From NCBI GenBank assembly GCA_017471265.1, contig JAFUUW010000002.1, positions 1 to 40,859 on the forward strand: a DNA stretch of 40,859 nucleotides, given 5' to 3'. Each line of letters starts with the position of its first letter. Position 1 is the first letter of the stretch. Source of the stretch: Alphaproteobacteria bacterium. Lineage in GTDB: Bacteria > Pseudomonadota > Alphaproteobacteria > RUG11792. The notes below the pieces were generated by a model. That model made no database searches. It had not been told where the DNA came from and saw only the letters and a program-made list of their open reading frames with translations. A program made the position numbers and the translations under genes. Of this stretch, positions 28,001 to 37,994 are shown one piece after another.

Positions 28001-28408
28001 TTTCCCTGCAGGTCCTCGAGCCCCTCCCGTGAGCAGAATAACGCCGTCCCTATGTTGTTCAAGTTCACCTAAGGAAACGGAGCGTATATCATCCTTACAC
28101 CGAAGGTAGAAGCAGGTCATCAGCTTCATAAGGCTCTTGTACCCAGCTTCATTCTTCGAAAGCAAAACCACAGGCGCTATGACATCATCGATCCTTACAT
28201 CAAGCGACAGCCCGACCAGAGGTTGCACTCCACTTGCAGAGCACTTCATCGAGAATTCCAGTGCACCAAACATATTGTTGGTGTCCGTCATCGCAACCGC
28301 AGGTATGGATTTCTCTTCGCAGAGGTGGATTAAATCTGGTAACTTCACCGCCCCCTCGCAAAGAGAGTACAAACTGTGCAGTCGCAGATGAATAAACGGC
28401 AGACCCAC
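25019..28408 (-). CDS. dnaE: DNA polymerase III alpha subunit
   Basis: 1129-aa ORF with the PHP domain start FIHLRLHSLYSL, the palm region PGRGSGAGSLV and PDFDIDF, plus fingers and an OB fold. The start is GTG. Confidence 0.97.
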   Translation of the reverse strand: MGLPFIHLRLHSLYSLCEGAVKLPDLIHLCEEKSIPAVAMTDTNNMFGALEFSMKCSASGVQPLVGLSLDVRIDDVIAPVVLLSKNEAGYKSLMKLMTCFYLRCKDDIRSVSLGELEQHRDGVILLTGGARGPAGKLFINSKRARAGEFLSDVSSIFRGNVYIEISRTNEPDEKRTEDFFVNFAFQNNVPIVATNEVFFLDKSMHMSHDALLCIADGTYMTVKERRRVSEEHYLKSSEEMYALFVDLPEAVENTAFIAQRCSFMPEKKKPILPRFCDETGDNEDDILDRQARAGLAKRLQEQVLHYKTNADTDPKEVEAEYLKRLEFELDVIKKMGFSGYFLIVSDFVKWSKQHNIPVGPGRGSGAGSLVGWCLFITELDPLRYHLLFERFLNPERVSMPDFDIDFCQEGREDVIRYVQSKYGKDRVAHIIALGKLQARNVLRDVGRVIQMPYGQVDKICKLVPQNPANPVDLPQALEIEPQLRQMMAEDETVAFLINTGLQLEGLFRHASMHAAGIVIGNESIDELVPLYSDGETDMAITQFNMKFVESAGLVKFDFLGLKTLTVIKHACEYIKKYRGIDLDMSKIDMEDPKTFSLICAADVIGVFQLESSGMRDVIQKLQPDTLEDIIALVSLYRPGPMDNIPTYIERKHGREQTEYLHPLLEPILKHTYGIMIYQEQVMQTAQIMGGYSLAGADLLRRAMGKKIKEEMAKNREIFANGAAVKGIGRKVADQVFALMEKFAGYGFNRSHAAAYAVVSYQTAFLKANYKREFYIASMNMDSTNTDKIAVFIQDARKSGINMLPPDINKSDTYFSGEGENDIRYALCALKGCGAAVVGSIIAERDKNGAFKDIFDFFKRMVNSSLNSRQLEILAYSGAFDSIHKNRRQIFESIGILQKFAETGNSAQKSLFGDATSGTTELKNVPDWNSIEALDLERQAIGFYLNAHPMDIYAEFLERFSITRSRNFKSCPQNITTAGILISKKEKLSKNGQKYAFLTISDQDNSFEVTIFPEAYAQAKEYLTIGTPLMLEVTVKTEAENTKLLATSVENISQIAEHQKAYILLSDNADVGALYDALERMENGNNAVSFIVQKPNGRKVEIETKYKKRLSVENRKIIASILGVEFFKRK

Positions 28409-28523
28409 GCGAGATCGGTGAAACCAGAAACCTATGCGATTTTAGCACATTTCCCACGGAGACCGTGCGGTGTGAATATAAACGAGGTTGTCATGGATTT
28501 AAGAAATAGAGAGTATACGCATT

Positions 28524-28667
28524 TGAAGCATGTGGGGGTGGGGTACGTCCAGAAAGCGGATTACAAAAAGTAACCCCCTAAAATTTAGATATTTTAAGGT
28601 TGTCGTGCTTATGGAAGTCTTCTGTGTATTTTGTATTCATTTGTTCGGATATTTGTTGCAGTATTTC
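28524..28667 (-). mobile_element. IS200-like fragment, copy 7a (right-end-proximal ~140 bp), abutting the left end of copy 7b head-to-head
   Basis: It is homologous to the right-end-proximal part of copies 2 and 3 (..agaaagcggatta.aaaag..gtcgtgcttatg..ttgttcggatattt..). Confidence 0.6.
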
Positions 28668-29230
28668 TTTATTTTTGAAACGCAGAAAGGGTGAAAAAAC
28701 TCCCCCTTAGGTGAACACTTTAATGTAATGTGAAGTATGGCGTGCAAAAAAGTTCACATAGTGTGTACGATGCAGAATGTTGCATAATATCCATGTAAAA
28801 ATGCAGGAAATTGCACGATATATTATCAAAGATACATAAAGGTGATAAGGAAGGTGTGCTCTGTCAACTACGTAGATACAATAAGCGAAAACGTAAGTCC
28901 TGACCACGTACATATGTTGCTCTTAGTACCTTCGCATTTCGTAGTCTCGAAGGTCATACGATATACAAAGGGGAGAAGTAGCAGAAAACTGTAAGGTACA
29001 TTTCAGGAATTAAGGACACGGTACTGGGAGCAACACCTGTGGGCGAAGGGATTTTTGTCGCAACGCCCAGACAGATAAGCGCAAAGGAGATACAAAAATA
29101 TATAGAGGAACAAGAAGCACATCATAAGCAGGATGATTTCAGTGTTTCCGAGTTCTAAGAGTTTGCTCTTTTAATCCGCTTTTCAGGCGTAACCTAGAAC
29201 TACTGACTTCCAGCCGGTAGGTTATCTATT
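28668..29230 (+). mobile_element. Degenerate IS200-like element, copy 7b (near full length, 563 bp)
   Basis: The translation reads SPDHVHMLL.VPSHF.VSKVIRYTKGRSSRKL(stop)..FQELRTRYWEQHLWAKGF..ISAKEIQKYIEEQEAHHK. The right-end hairpin is followed by GGTTATCTATT. Confidence 0.85.
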
Positions 29231-29333
29231 ATTTTTCGACTTCGTCAATATCTCGGGTAGGTAGTATCTAGAACATAGGCGCTAGCCCTTCGTGCTAGCA
29301 TACGCTCGGTTGTTCGTGTAGCTGACAGGTGAA

Positions 29334-30209
29334 ATGTCGTTCGGCGTGGCGAAAATCCTCTTGTACGCAAAGGTGGTGCGGGCGCAGGTGCTGTTTATGC
29401 CGGGCTTGCTATCGCTTTGTGCTTACCTTTACGCCCATCGCAAGTATGGCGCCGCCTGGAATGCTGCATTCATCCTCGTCGTAGCGAGCGCGTTGCTCTT
29501 CAACCTCGCCGTAAACGCCATATCCGAATATCGGGACTGTCGCAAGGGCATAGACGACATGTGCTCCCCTGGCACTAGATACCGCCTCGCGTCGGGTATC
29601 GTCCCCCAGCGCAATGTATTATCGTTGGGCATAGTATTTTTTGTCGCGGCATCGCTATGTGGTTTCGCAGCCTTAATCGTCGGCAATCCCGTGCTGCTAA
29701 TTCCTGGGGTAGCCGCAGCGAGTATAGCCTTCTTCTACAGCGAACGCCCGTTTGAGTTGAAGTACCACGCCCTCGGAGAAGTGTGCGTATTTGTCGTGTA
29801 TGCCCCATTGCTATTCAGCTCTTACATTTTGGCGCTCACGGACGGCATATTTGGGGTGAGAGACCTCCTGTTTTCGGTGCCGTTCGGTCTGCTTACAACA
29901 AACGTTGTCTTGGCGAACAACATACGCGATTACGAATTCGAGAAGGAGAAAAACAACACTTTGGCAATCAAGTACGGGTTGAAATTCGCATACGGGCTGC
30001 TTTTCACCACCACTCACTTGGCATTTTTGCTGCTACCACTGTTCGTATATGTCGGGATATTACCACTCCTCAGTTTGGCGGCATTTCTGGCATACCCACT
30101 CATCTTCGTTGCGGCAAGCAAAACCAACTCACCGAAATTCGTAAACGTATTCGGCATTATGCAAGTCGCCTTTACCCTGCTGATTTGCATATCTCTGACG
30201 GGGCGGTGA
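29334..30209 (+). CDS. UbiA-superfamily aromatic prenyltransferase, MenA-like (1,4-dihydroxy-2-naphthoate polyprenyltransferase-like)
   Basis: 291-aa polytopic ORF. It has two Asp-rich motif regions, NLAVNAISEYRDCRKGIDD and LANNIRDYEFEKEKNNTL, in the positions typical for MenA/UbiA enzymes. Confidence 0.6.
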   Translation: MSFGVAKILLYAKVVRAQVLFMPGLLSLCAYLYAHRKYGAAWNAAFILVVASALLFNLAVNAISEYRDCRKGIDDMCSPGTRYRLASGIVPQRNVLSLGIVFFVAASLCGFAALIVGNPVLLIPGVAAASIAFFYSERPFELKYHALGEVCVFVVYAPLLFSSYILALTDGIFGVRDLLFSVPFGLLTTNVVLANNIRDYEFEKEKNNTLAIKYGLKFAYGLLFTTTHLAFLLLPLFVYVGILPLLSLAAFLAYPLIFVAASKTNSPKFVNVFGIMQVAFTLLICISLTGR

Positions 30210-30250
30210 TGCTGTCTTTGACGTTGTTGGATAGTATGCCTTATGTTCTT

Positions 30251-30685
30251 TTTATTTCCAAAACGTGGGAAGGGTGAAAACCCTCGCCTTCGGGCAAATA
30301 CTTTAGTGTGATGTAAGGTATGATATACAGAAGAAATTCGCACAGTGTATACGATATAGAATGCCATGTAGTATTCTGTGCAAAATATAGGCATAGGGCG
30401 CTATACGGTAACATTGCCGTATATAAAAGGGAAAAGTAGCAGGAAACTGCAAGGTGAGTTTCAAGGATTAAGGAAGCGATACCGTAGCTCCTACAGGCGA
30501 GAGAATATTTTGTCGCAATATTCGGACGGATAAGTTCAAAGGAAGTACAAAAATGTATAGAGAAGCAAGAGACGCATCATAAAGCACGATAATTTTAAGA
30601 TTTCTGAGTTCTAAGAGTGTGCTCTTTCAATCCGCTTTACAGGCGTGAGCTAGAACTACCGGCTTCCAGTCGATGGGTTATCTAT
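30251..30685 (+). mobile_element. Degenerate IS200-like element, copy 8 (deletion derivative, 435 bp)
   Basis: Both ends are present. An internal ~135-bp deletion has its junction at ~30418-30421 (..acattgcc|gtatataaaaggg..). The junction is the same as in copy 10. Confidence 0.85.
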
Positions 30686-31194
30686 ATGCCTTTTTTGCGA
30701 ATGAATTTCTAATGCAGTTTAATGGTGCGGCTATTTTGCAGTAGCTTGCACTGTTGCCTTTTTGATTTGAGTTCGACCGCAAACTGCCCATTCAGTTGAT
30801 CCATTTTGGTTGTGGTAGAGGCGCGGTTTATTTTCGAAATTGTCAGAAAGATACCCGGAAAAATTTGGAGTGGCTAAATTCGCATGACAATTGCAACAGA
30901 GCCTCTGATTTCAGGCTAACTACGGAATATCCTGCCTTCAAGAGGATTTTACCGACACTCTGAAAAATGGAAATGTTGTTATAAAGATGCAGTTTTGAGG
31001 ATATGGGGGTTTACTTTCAAGCCAATCTTCAACGAAACGAGAAAATGTGGAGATTGAAAATTACCGGGAAACCAACGTCTCCACATCAAAAAGTTCTGCA
31101 ATTAAACTTCGCCGAGGTGATGTGGAGCGATGCCGGTTCCTGAATGGCTATTTTGTAACTCGGTACTCATTGAATTTGGAGCACTTTGTTGGAA

Positions 31195-31359
31195 TTATTT
31201 TTCCCAAAGGGCTGCTCGCATTATACTGATTTGCCTTTCCGCTAAGCCGTCAAGCCACGCTGCGCCTTACGGCTTGCTTTCCGGGCTACGCCCTTCAAGC
31301 TTGACTGCCGCTCGGCAAATCAGGAATTTTTCTTCGCCCCTTTTGGAAAAAAGAATAAT
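31195..31359 (-). repeat. ~165-bp nested palindromic repeat element, copy E (inverted relative to A-D)
   Basis: The asymmetric internal spacers (..gcattatactgatttgcc.. on the left) show the reverse orientation. Confidence 0.9.
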
Positions 31360-31855
31360 TCTTTTATGCTTGCACCTGGATTTCGTGCAGTTTCCCCCCT
31401 CAGTCGGACGCCCACATATTCATTATTTCTCTTCGCAGTTGTGCCTCATTTGTACCTTGTCATAATACTGTGGCTTTGATTTTTAGCATTTGAGAGAAGT
31501 TATTAACATTAAAAAATTTATATATAGATTTTTTGAAAATAAGGCAAAATGACGAAAAATTCGGTAAAAATACAAACTCTATGCGGATCGCTGATTGTGG
31601 ATCAAGTCCTCTTTATTTCAAAGCCCATACACCACCGCTTGGTGTAATCCACCCTGCGTTACAGTCGTCCCCTACCCCATTGCTCTGCTTTTTCACTTTT
31701 TGATGACAGCCCCTAACAGCCTCCTTCGAAGTGGCAATATAATGTGTTCAAAATCTTAACACGTTCTAACTAAACTTATGATGGAGCAGGATCTGGAAAA
31801 CTAACTCTAGAAGCACTGAAAACGTAGACGGAAAAGTCTCAATAATTCGCCAACG

Positions 31856-31893
31856 AAAAAGCTCCCATGCAGAAGCCGTGAAGCGTTCTGCAT
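31856..31893 (-). terminator. Probable intrinsic terminator downstream of groEL
   Basis: The minus strand reads ATGCAGAA-CGCTTCACGGC-TTCTGCAT, then GGGAGCTTTTT. Confidence 0.45.
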
Positions 31894-31911
31894 AGGAAAA
31901 CTGGACAGGAA

Positions 31912-33567
<1,656 letters not shown>

Positions 33568-33572
33568 TTAAA

Positions 33573-33860
33573 TTACTCAAAAATTCCCATGATGTCGGAC
33601 TCTTTCATAACGATGTAGTCCTTGCCATCGAGCTTTACCTCATTTCCAGACCACTTGCCAAAGAGGACTTTGTCGCCAGCCTTAACTTGAAGCGGTACCA
33701 ATTCCCCTTTCTCAGAACGAGCTCCTTCTCCAACGGAAACGACCAATCCCTCCATAGGCTTTTCCTTTGCCGTGTCAGGGATGATAATGCCACCAGATGT
33801 TTTCGACTCCGATTCCAAACGCTCGATCAACACTCTATCGTACAGAGGTCTAAATTTCAT
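33573..33860 (-). CDS. groES: Co-chaperonin GroES (10 kDa)
   Basis: The sequence is [35 protein letters not shown].. The ATG at 33860 is preceded by AAGGAG. Confidence 0.96.
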   Translation of the reverse strand: MKFRPLYDRVLIERLESESKTSGGIIIPDTAKEKPMEGLVVSVGEGARSEKGELVPLQVKAGDKVLFGKWSGNEVKLDGKDYIVMKESDIMGIFE

Positions 33861-33886
33861 ACTCCAATTCTCCTTACAAAAAAATG

Positions 33887-33913
33887 TTAGCAAACAACGC
33901 TACCGAGTGCTAG
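33887..33913 (-). promoter_or_regulatory. CIRCE-like operator (HrcA binding site) upstream of groES
   Basis: The minus strand reads CTAGCACTC-N9-GTTTGCTAA. The consensus is TTAGCACTC-N9-GAGTGCTAA, so the match is 8/9 and 7/9. Confidence 0.55.
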
Positions 33914-33940
33914 TTTAAAGCATCCACTTGCTGGTGTCAA
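33912..33940 (-). promoter_or_regulatory. Sigma70-type promoter for groESL
   Basis: The minus strand reads TTGACA, a 17-nt spacer, then TAAACT. The -10 element overlaps the start of the CIRCE element. Confidence 0.5.
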
Positions 33941-34078
33941 ATTTTTTCGAGCCCGATGCCCATTCCGGATAGACAAAATTCGTGGATAGCTGATGGGATT
34001 TCAGCTTGTGAAACGGGAGTAATGCCATGCCCTGTTATCTTGTATATCTGCAAATAATGCTTTGCCATAAAATGGCAT

Positions 34079-34750
34079 GTCTATTCCCAAAACCTGGGAT
34101 GGGCGAAAATATTCACTTTTAGGCGAACGTCCTAGATATTGTCTATACGAAATATCTATAAAGTAGAAAAGAGTGATAAAGTGTAGTTAACAACAAAAAG
34201 AAAGGGTAATGAGTAGAAGACAAAAAACAGATGCAGCCCCAATAACGCATTATGGGAGAGGATAGAACCGTTACTGCCGGGGTAACAAGGTAACGCGCAA
34301 TAACAAACGATTTATCAATGGTGTTTTGGGAATATCGCGTGCCAGTTTTTTGTAGCGAAATTTCCTCGAAATATTATGGAAAATGCGGCACTGTGCATCA
34401 GCGTTTTAAACGATGGCGTGATAACGGTATATGGGGTAGATGCTGGCTACGTACGCATAATAAGCGTGAAGTGTGAGACATATGCTAGCTCTGATATTCC
34501 ACACCGCACAGCATCAAAAATCGTACAGTAAAAACGAAAAACTAGCTTTGTAAAAAGAATTTCAAAAACTAAAGAGAAGATATTGAGATGGCATCATCTA
34601 CGTTTAAGAAGCTATTTTGTCGCAACATCTGGATAGACACAAAAATACACAGATGAACCCCATAAAAACGGCAGCTTCAAGATATCCGAGTTAATCTACA
34701 TTTCAAAAGCGCCGACAGCCCCACCATCTCCCAGCCGGTAGTTGCATATT
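34079..34750 (+). mobile_element. Degenerate IS200-like element, copy 9, whose 5' tnpA half is replaced by an IS5-family fragment
   Basis: The left end is TCTATTCCCAAAACCTGGG. IS200 homology resumes at ~34446 (gctacgtacgcataataagcg..). The right-end remnant is ..CCCAGCCGGTAG. The element ends 1-2 nt from the stop of the serine hydrolase gene. Confidence 0.65.
34205..34447 (+). pseudogene. IS5-family (IS427/IS1031-like) transposase N-terminal fragment
   Basis: Three frames together read ..ALWERIEPLLPG.., ..KRFINGVLGISRA.. and ..YYGKCGTVHQRFKRWRDNGIWGR.. This is the DUF4096-type N-terminal region of IS5-group transposases. It is truncated and frameshifted. Confidence 0.6.
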
Positions 34751-34751
34751 T

Positions 34752-36470
34752 TCATCCATTCTTCTTCTGAAACGCTGTTTTGTTTTCGTCGAAGCAAGAT
34801 ATATAGCATGAGGTGATGGCGTTGTTTTCATTCCGGGTAAACGACACGTACTCCAGTTCGTCGAAGAATACCAGACATATATCTCGGCTTGGGCACGAAA
34901 AGGTGCCGCCGTTGATGTGTGTGAGTCTTGCTCGCCTTATACCGTTGTCGATAACCAGGTTTCCCCCCTCCTCCGAAACCACGATATCTCCATACAGTTC
35001 GCTGGAATATGTTCCGACATAATCCGAAGCATCCCCCATTGGAGTTGGATTTCTTTCAGAAAGATCCTGATGCATACTAAGAACTTTGTTATGGAAAAAG
35101 TTTTTTCGATCGATATCCGCCTGTACCCAATCTATTTTCGAAAACCCGAATGATAGGTCAAGGAACTGGTTGACCATATACTCACAAAACAGTGTCTGTG
35201 CGATACCACCGAGATTGCATATGACACCGACAGCCAGATCATCATCTGGCGAAACAGCGAAGAACGCCGTAGAACCGTATACCCCCCCCATATGGAAAAG
35301 TATATTGTGGGCATTTTTCCCATTGTCGAAGTATGGTGATTTGAATATCCCCATACCATAGAACATATTCTCTCGAGGAAATCTCGTTTTGACGAATGTA
35401 ACGTCGTCATCTTTTATGTTGCGCACTTCGGCTATGTTCGATGTGAGCTTAGCGAATGTTTCTTGTGAAACAATCTGTTGCCCATTGAACGTACCCCTGT
35501 TTGCAAGCATAGCGCACCACTTAGCAAAATCTTCAGCGGAAAAGCTGATACCCGATGTTGCCGAGAAGCGCTGAAAAAAGCCGATTTGCTCAAGAGGTAT
35601 GATTTCATCGAACGAACGAGAGTGGTTTATGACAACTTGTTTTGGTTTATGCGCTACTGTTTTCGTTATCAAATTCAATGCAGCCTGGAAAAAGCCAAGT
35701 TTCCGACTATCGTGAGAAAATCTAGAGAGCAGGTATTTGAAATACCCAAGCCTGCTTGCCTCGGCATCTAGTCTTATGGCACTCGAATTTTCCATACCCA
35801 TTTTGTCGAATATGTACTTCTGCACAAGGTCTTCGTACCTCTCCCCAGTTGCACGCTCAAGGACTATTCCAGCAATTCCAAATATTATGTTTTGGTATCC
35901 GTAAACCTTTCGGAATTCTCCCGGTCTTTGCTTGAGAAATCTGAACGCACGGAGTATCTGTTCGTTGTCAAAGCCAGCTTTGAAGAGGGTGTCTCCCGAA
36001 AAATGCTTTAGTCCCGAGCTGTGAGAAATCAAATCACGTATAGTAAACTCGTTCGACATTTCTTCAGTGCAAACGAAAAACTCCGGATAGTACTTTCTGA
36101 CTTTATCGTCAAAGGAGATTTTCCCATCATCGACAAGCGCCCCAACCAATATCGCCGTTACATTCTTTGAAACAGAGGAAACTGGAAACAGTGTCTTCTC
36201 GGAAACAGGTTCTGGATTGTTTTGTGGAAGAGTAGTTTGTCCAAATGCCTTGAAATAAAGCGGCTTCCCTGCTCTGGAAATCGAAAGCGTAACCGCTGGA
36301 ATTTTGATTTTATCCATTCCCTCACGAATTATTTTCTCCATCTTCTTTGCATTTTCGAGTATCTTCGCATCGGTCATTTTTTGCGCGACACCCGATACTG
36401 AAGCAAATACAACGAACATACCGACAAGCAATCCTGTCGTCAAAGAAATTTTTCTGAAAATCCCAAACAT
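34752..36470 (-). CDS. Beta-lactamase-family serine hydrolase (class C / PBP4*-like) with an N-terminal signal or anchor and a C-terminal extra domain
   Basis: 572-aa ORF with a hydrophobic N-terminus and the S-x-x-K active-site motif in LFPVSSVSKNVTAILVGALVDDG. The C-terminal ~110 aa resemble the beta-sandwich add-on seen in this family. Confidence 0.8.
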   Translation of the reverse strand: MFGIFRKISLTTGLLVGMFVVFASVSGVAQKMTDAKILENAKKMEKIIREGMDKIKIPAVTLSISRAGKPLYFKAFGQTTLPQNNPEPVSEKTLFPVSSVSKNVTAILVGALVDDGKISFDDKVRKYYPEFFVCTEEMSNEFTIRDLISHSSGLKHFSGDTLFKAGFDNEQILRAFRFLKQRPGEFRKVYGYQNIIFGIAGIVLERATGERYEDLVQKYIFDKMGMENSSAIRLDAEASRLGYFKYLLSRFSHDSRKLGFFQAALNLITKTVAHKPKQVVINHSRSFDEIIPLEQIGFFQRFSATSGISFSAEDFAKWCAMLANRGTFNGQQIVSQETFAKLTSNIAEVRNIKDDDVTFVKTRFPRENMFYGMGIFKSPYFDNGKNAHNILFHMGGVYGSTAFFAVSPDDDLAVGVICNLGGIAQTLFCEYMVNQFLDLSFGFSKIDWVQADIDRKNFFHNKVLSMHQDLSERNPTPMGDASDYVGTYSSELYGDIVVSEEGGNLVIDNGIRRARLTHINGGTFSCPSRDICLVFFDELEYVSFTRNENNAITSCYISCFDENKTAFQKKNG

Positions 36471-36551
36471 TTTCCAGGCTCGTTAACGCTTTCTTAACCA
36501 TAAAAAGTATACCTTCTGAGGTGAGCGTATCAAAATTTTTGGGACAAACTT

Positions 36552-36998
36552 ATGTTTGGTGGCGTGAAAATAACCCTAATACTGTGTCTTACGATGATTG
36601 TTTGTTGCGTGCTTTTCGTCTCATATAACGAATACACAAACAGGTATTCCCTGATAACGACTAGCGATAATTCACTTTATATCTTTGACAAGAAAAGCAG
36701 TGTCCTGAACCGTTGCGATGGCGAAACTTGCCGTATGATAGAGACGAAGCTGCCGGCAAAGATGACCTTAGGTTTCGAGCCGAGCTTTCAGCAGAGCAAA
36801 CTTTTTGACAGCGAACGTCCTATGAGCCACGAGGTTGCAAAACCGATCATAAAACAAGATGTCGATGAAACGACGCAAAAGGAAGAGATAAAGAAAAAAG
36901 ACGTAGCAGAAAAGACTCCAGATGAAACAAAGAAGGAAAAACCTAGCGAAAAATCAACGGCAACTACCAAAAAGACGGACGAAGAATTCGTGGAGTGA
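36552..36998 (+). CDS. Hypothetical membrane-anchored or secreted protein with a Lys/Glu-rich low-complexity tail
   Basis: 148-aa ORF. The N-terminal TM or signal segment is ITLILCLTMIVCCVLFV. The C-terminal ~55 aa are K/E/T-rich. Confidence 0.45.
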   Translation: MFGGVKITLILCLTMIVCCVLFVSYNEYTNRYSLITTSDNSLYIFDKKSSVLNRCDGETCRMIETKLPAKMTLGFEPSFQQSKLFDSERPMSHEVAKPIIKQDVDETTQKEEIKKKDVAEKTPDETKKEKPSEKSTATTKKTDEEFVE

Positions 36999-37310
36999 AC
37001 GAGTTTTTAGAGATGAATTAGAGTCCCACGTGCCTAGATACTGTCCTCAAGATGGCGAAAATGGTAGGAGGCTACCTATGATGAGGCATTATAGGTTGAT
37101 AATAATGCATAGGCGTGTTTTTGAATAGCAAATTTTGAAGAAAATTAACAAAATTTTAAAAATGCAAAGACGAAGTTGATAATATTGGTTTTATCAATAA
37201 AGCACTTTGAATCATATAAACTGATGTGCCAAGCATCAATCAGTGCTGTGATCGAATGAAGCGTTGATATGTTGAACGTTTCATATTCAGGGGCGAAAAC
37301 AATGCGATAA

Positions 37311-37727
37311 AACAAATAACCTACTAGCTGGAAGCCGATAGTTCTAAGCTACGCTTGGAAGGCGGATTAAAAGAGCAAACCCTCAAAAGTTCTAAGGTTA
37401 CCGTGTTTATGACGTGTCCATTGTTCTTATATATTTTTTGTACCTCCTTTGCACTTATCTGTCCGAACATTGCGATAAAATATTCTCTCGCCTGTAGGTG
37501 CTACAGTATCGCTTCCTTAACCCCTGAAACTCACCTTACAGTTTTTTATTACTTTTCTCTTTTGTATTCGGCAATGTTATCGAATAGTATTCCATGCCTA
37601 TATTTAACGCAGAATACTACGTGATATTCTATATCGCATACACTATGTGAACCTTTTCTATACATTATTACACTAAAGTCTTCGCCTAAAGGCGAGGGCT
37701 TTTACACATTCTGGTTTTTCTAAAAAT
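37311..37727 (-). mobile_element. Degenerate IS200-like element, copy 10 (deletion derivative, 417 bp; sibling of copy 8)
   Basis: Both ends are present. It has the same internal deletion junction (~37566-37570) and shares diagnostic variants with copy 8 (..ctacaggcgagagaatatttt..). Confidence 0.85.
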
Positions 37728-37994
37728 GAAGGAATGTTTTTGCAAGCATCGTAAGGCATTGTTCGAAGAAGGCTGGCAGACATCAAACCATTTTTTCGCC
37801 TTGCATCTGAAAGTATGCAAGTTCAAGGTTGGCTGAATGGGCGAAATCTCGTTGCCAATCTGGGACCAAAACTGTGGATAGTTTTTTGTCGATGTCACCA
37901 AGAGTTGGATAAATTATCGGTAAAAACACTAAATGTACCCGCCCGCAAGTGAGCAACGCTTTTTGACCTAACCGACGCCTTTCCCGGGTTCCCT

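Noticed and set aside
7817-31359. Whether the dispersed repeats could be a CRISPR array
   Set aside because: The copies are 4-7 kb apart rather than separated by regular 25-40-bp spacers. The repeat units are 165 bp or ~570 bp. No cas genes are present.
35282-35289. G8 (C8 on the plus strand) tract inside the serine hydrolase gene as a second contingency locus
   Set aside because: Eight nucleotides is at the lower limit for efficient slippage. The tract lies in the middle of the gene and encodes a conserved-looking HMGGVYG segment. It is probably incidental.
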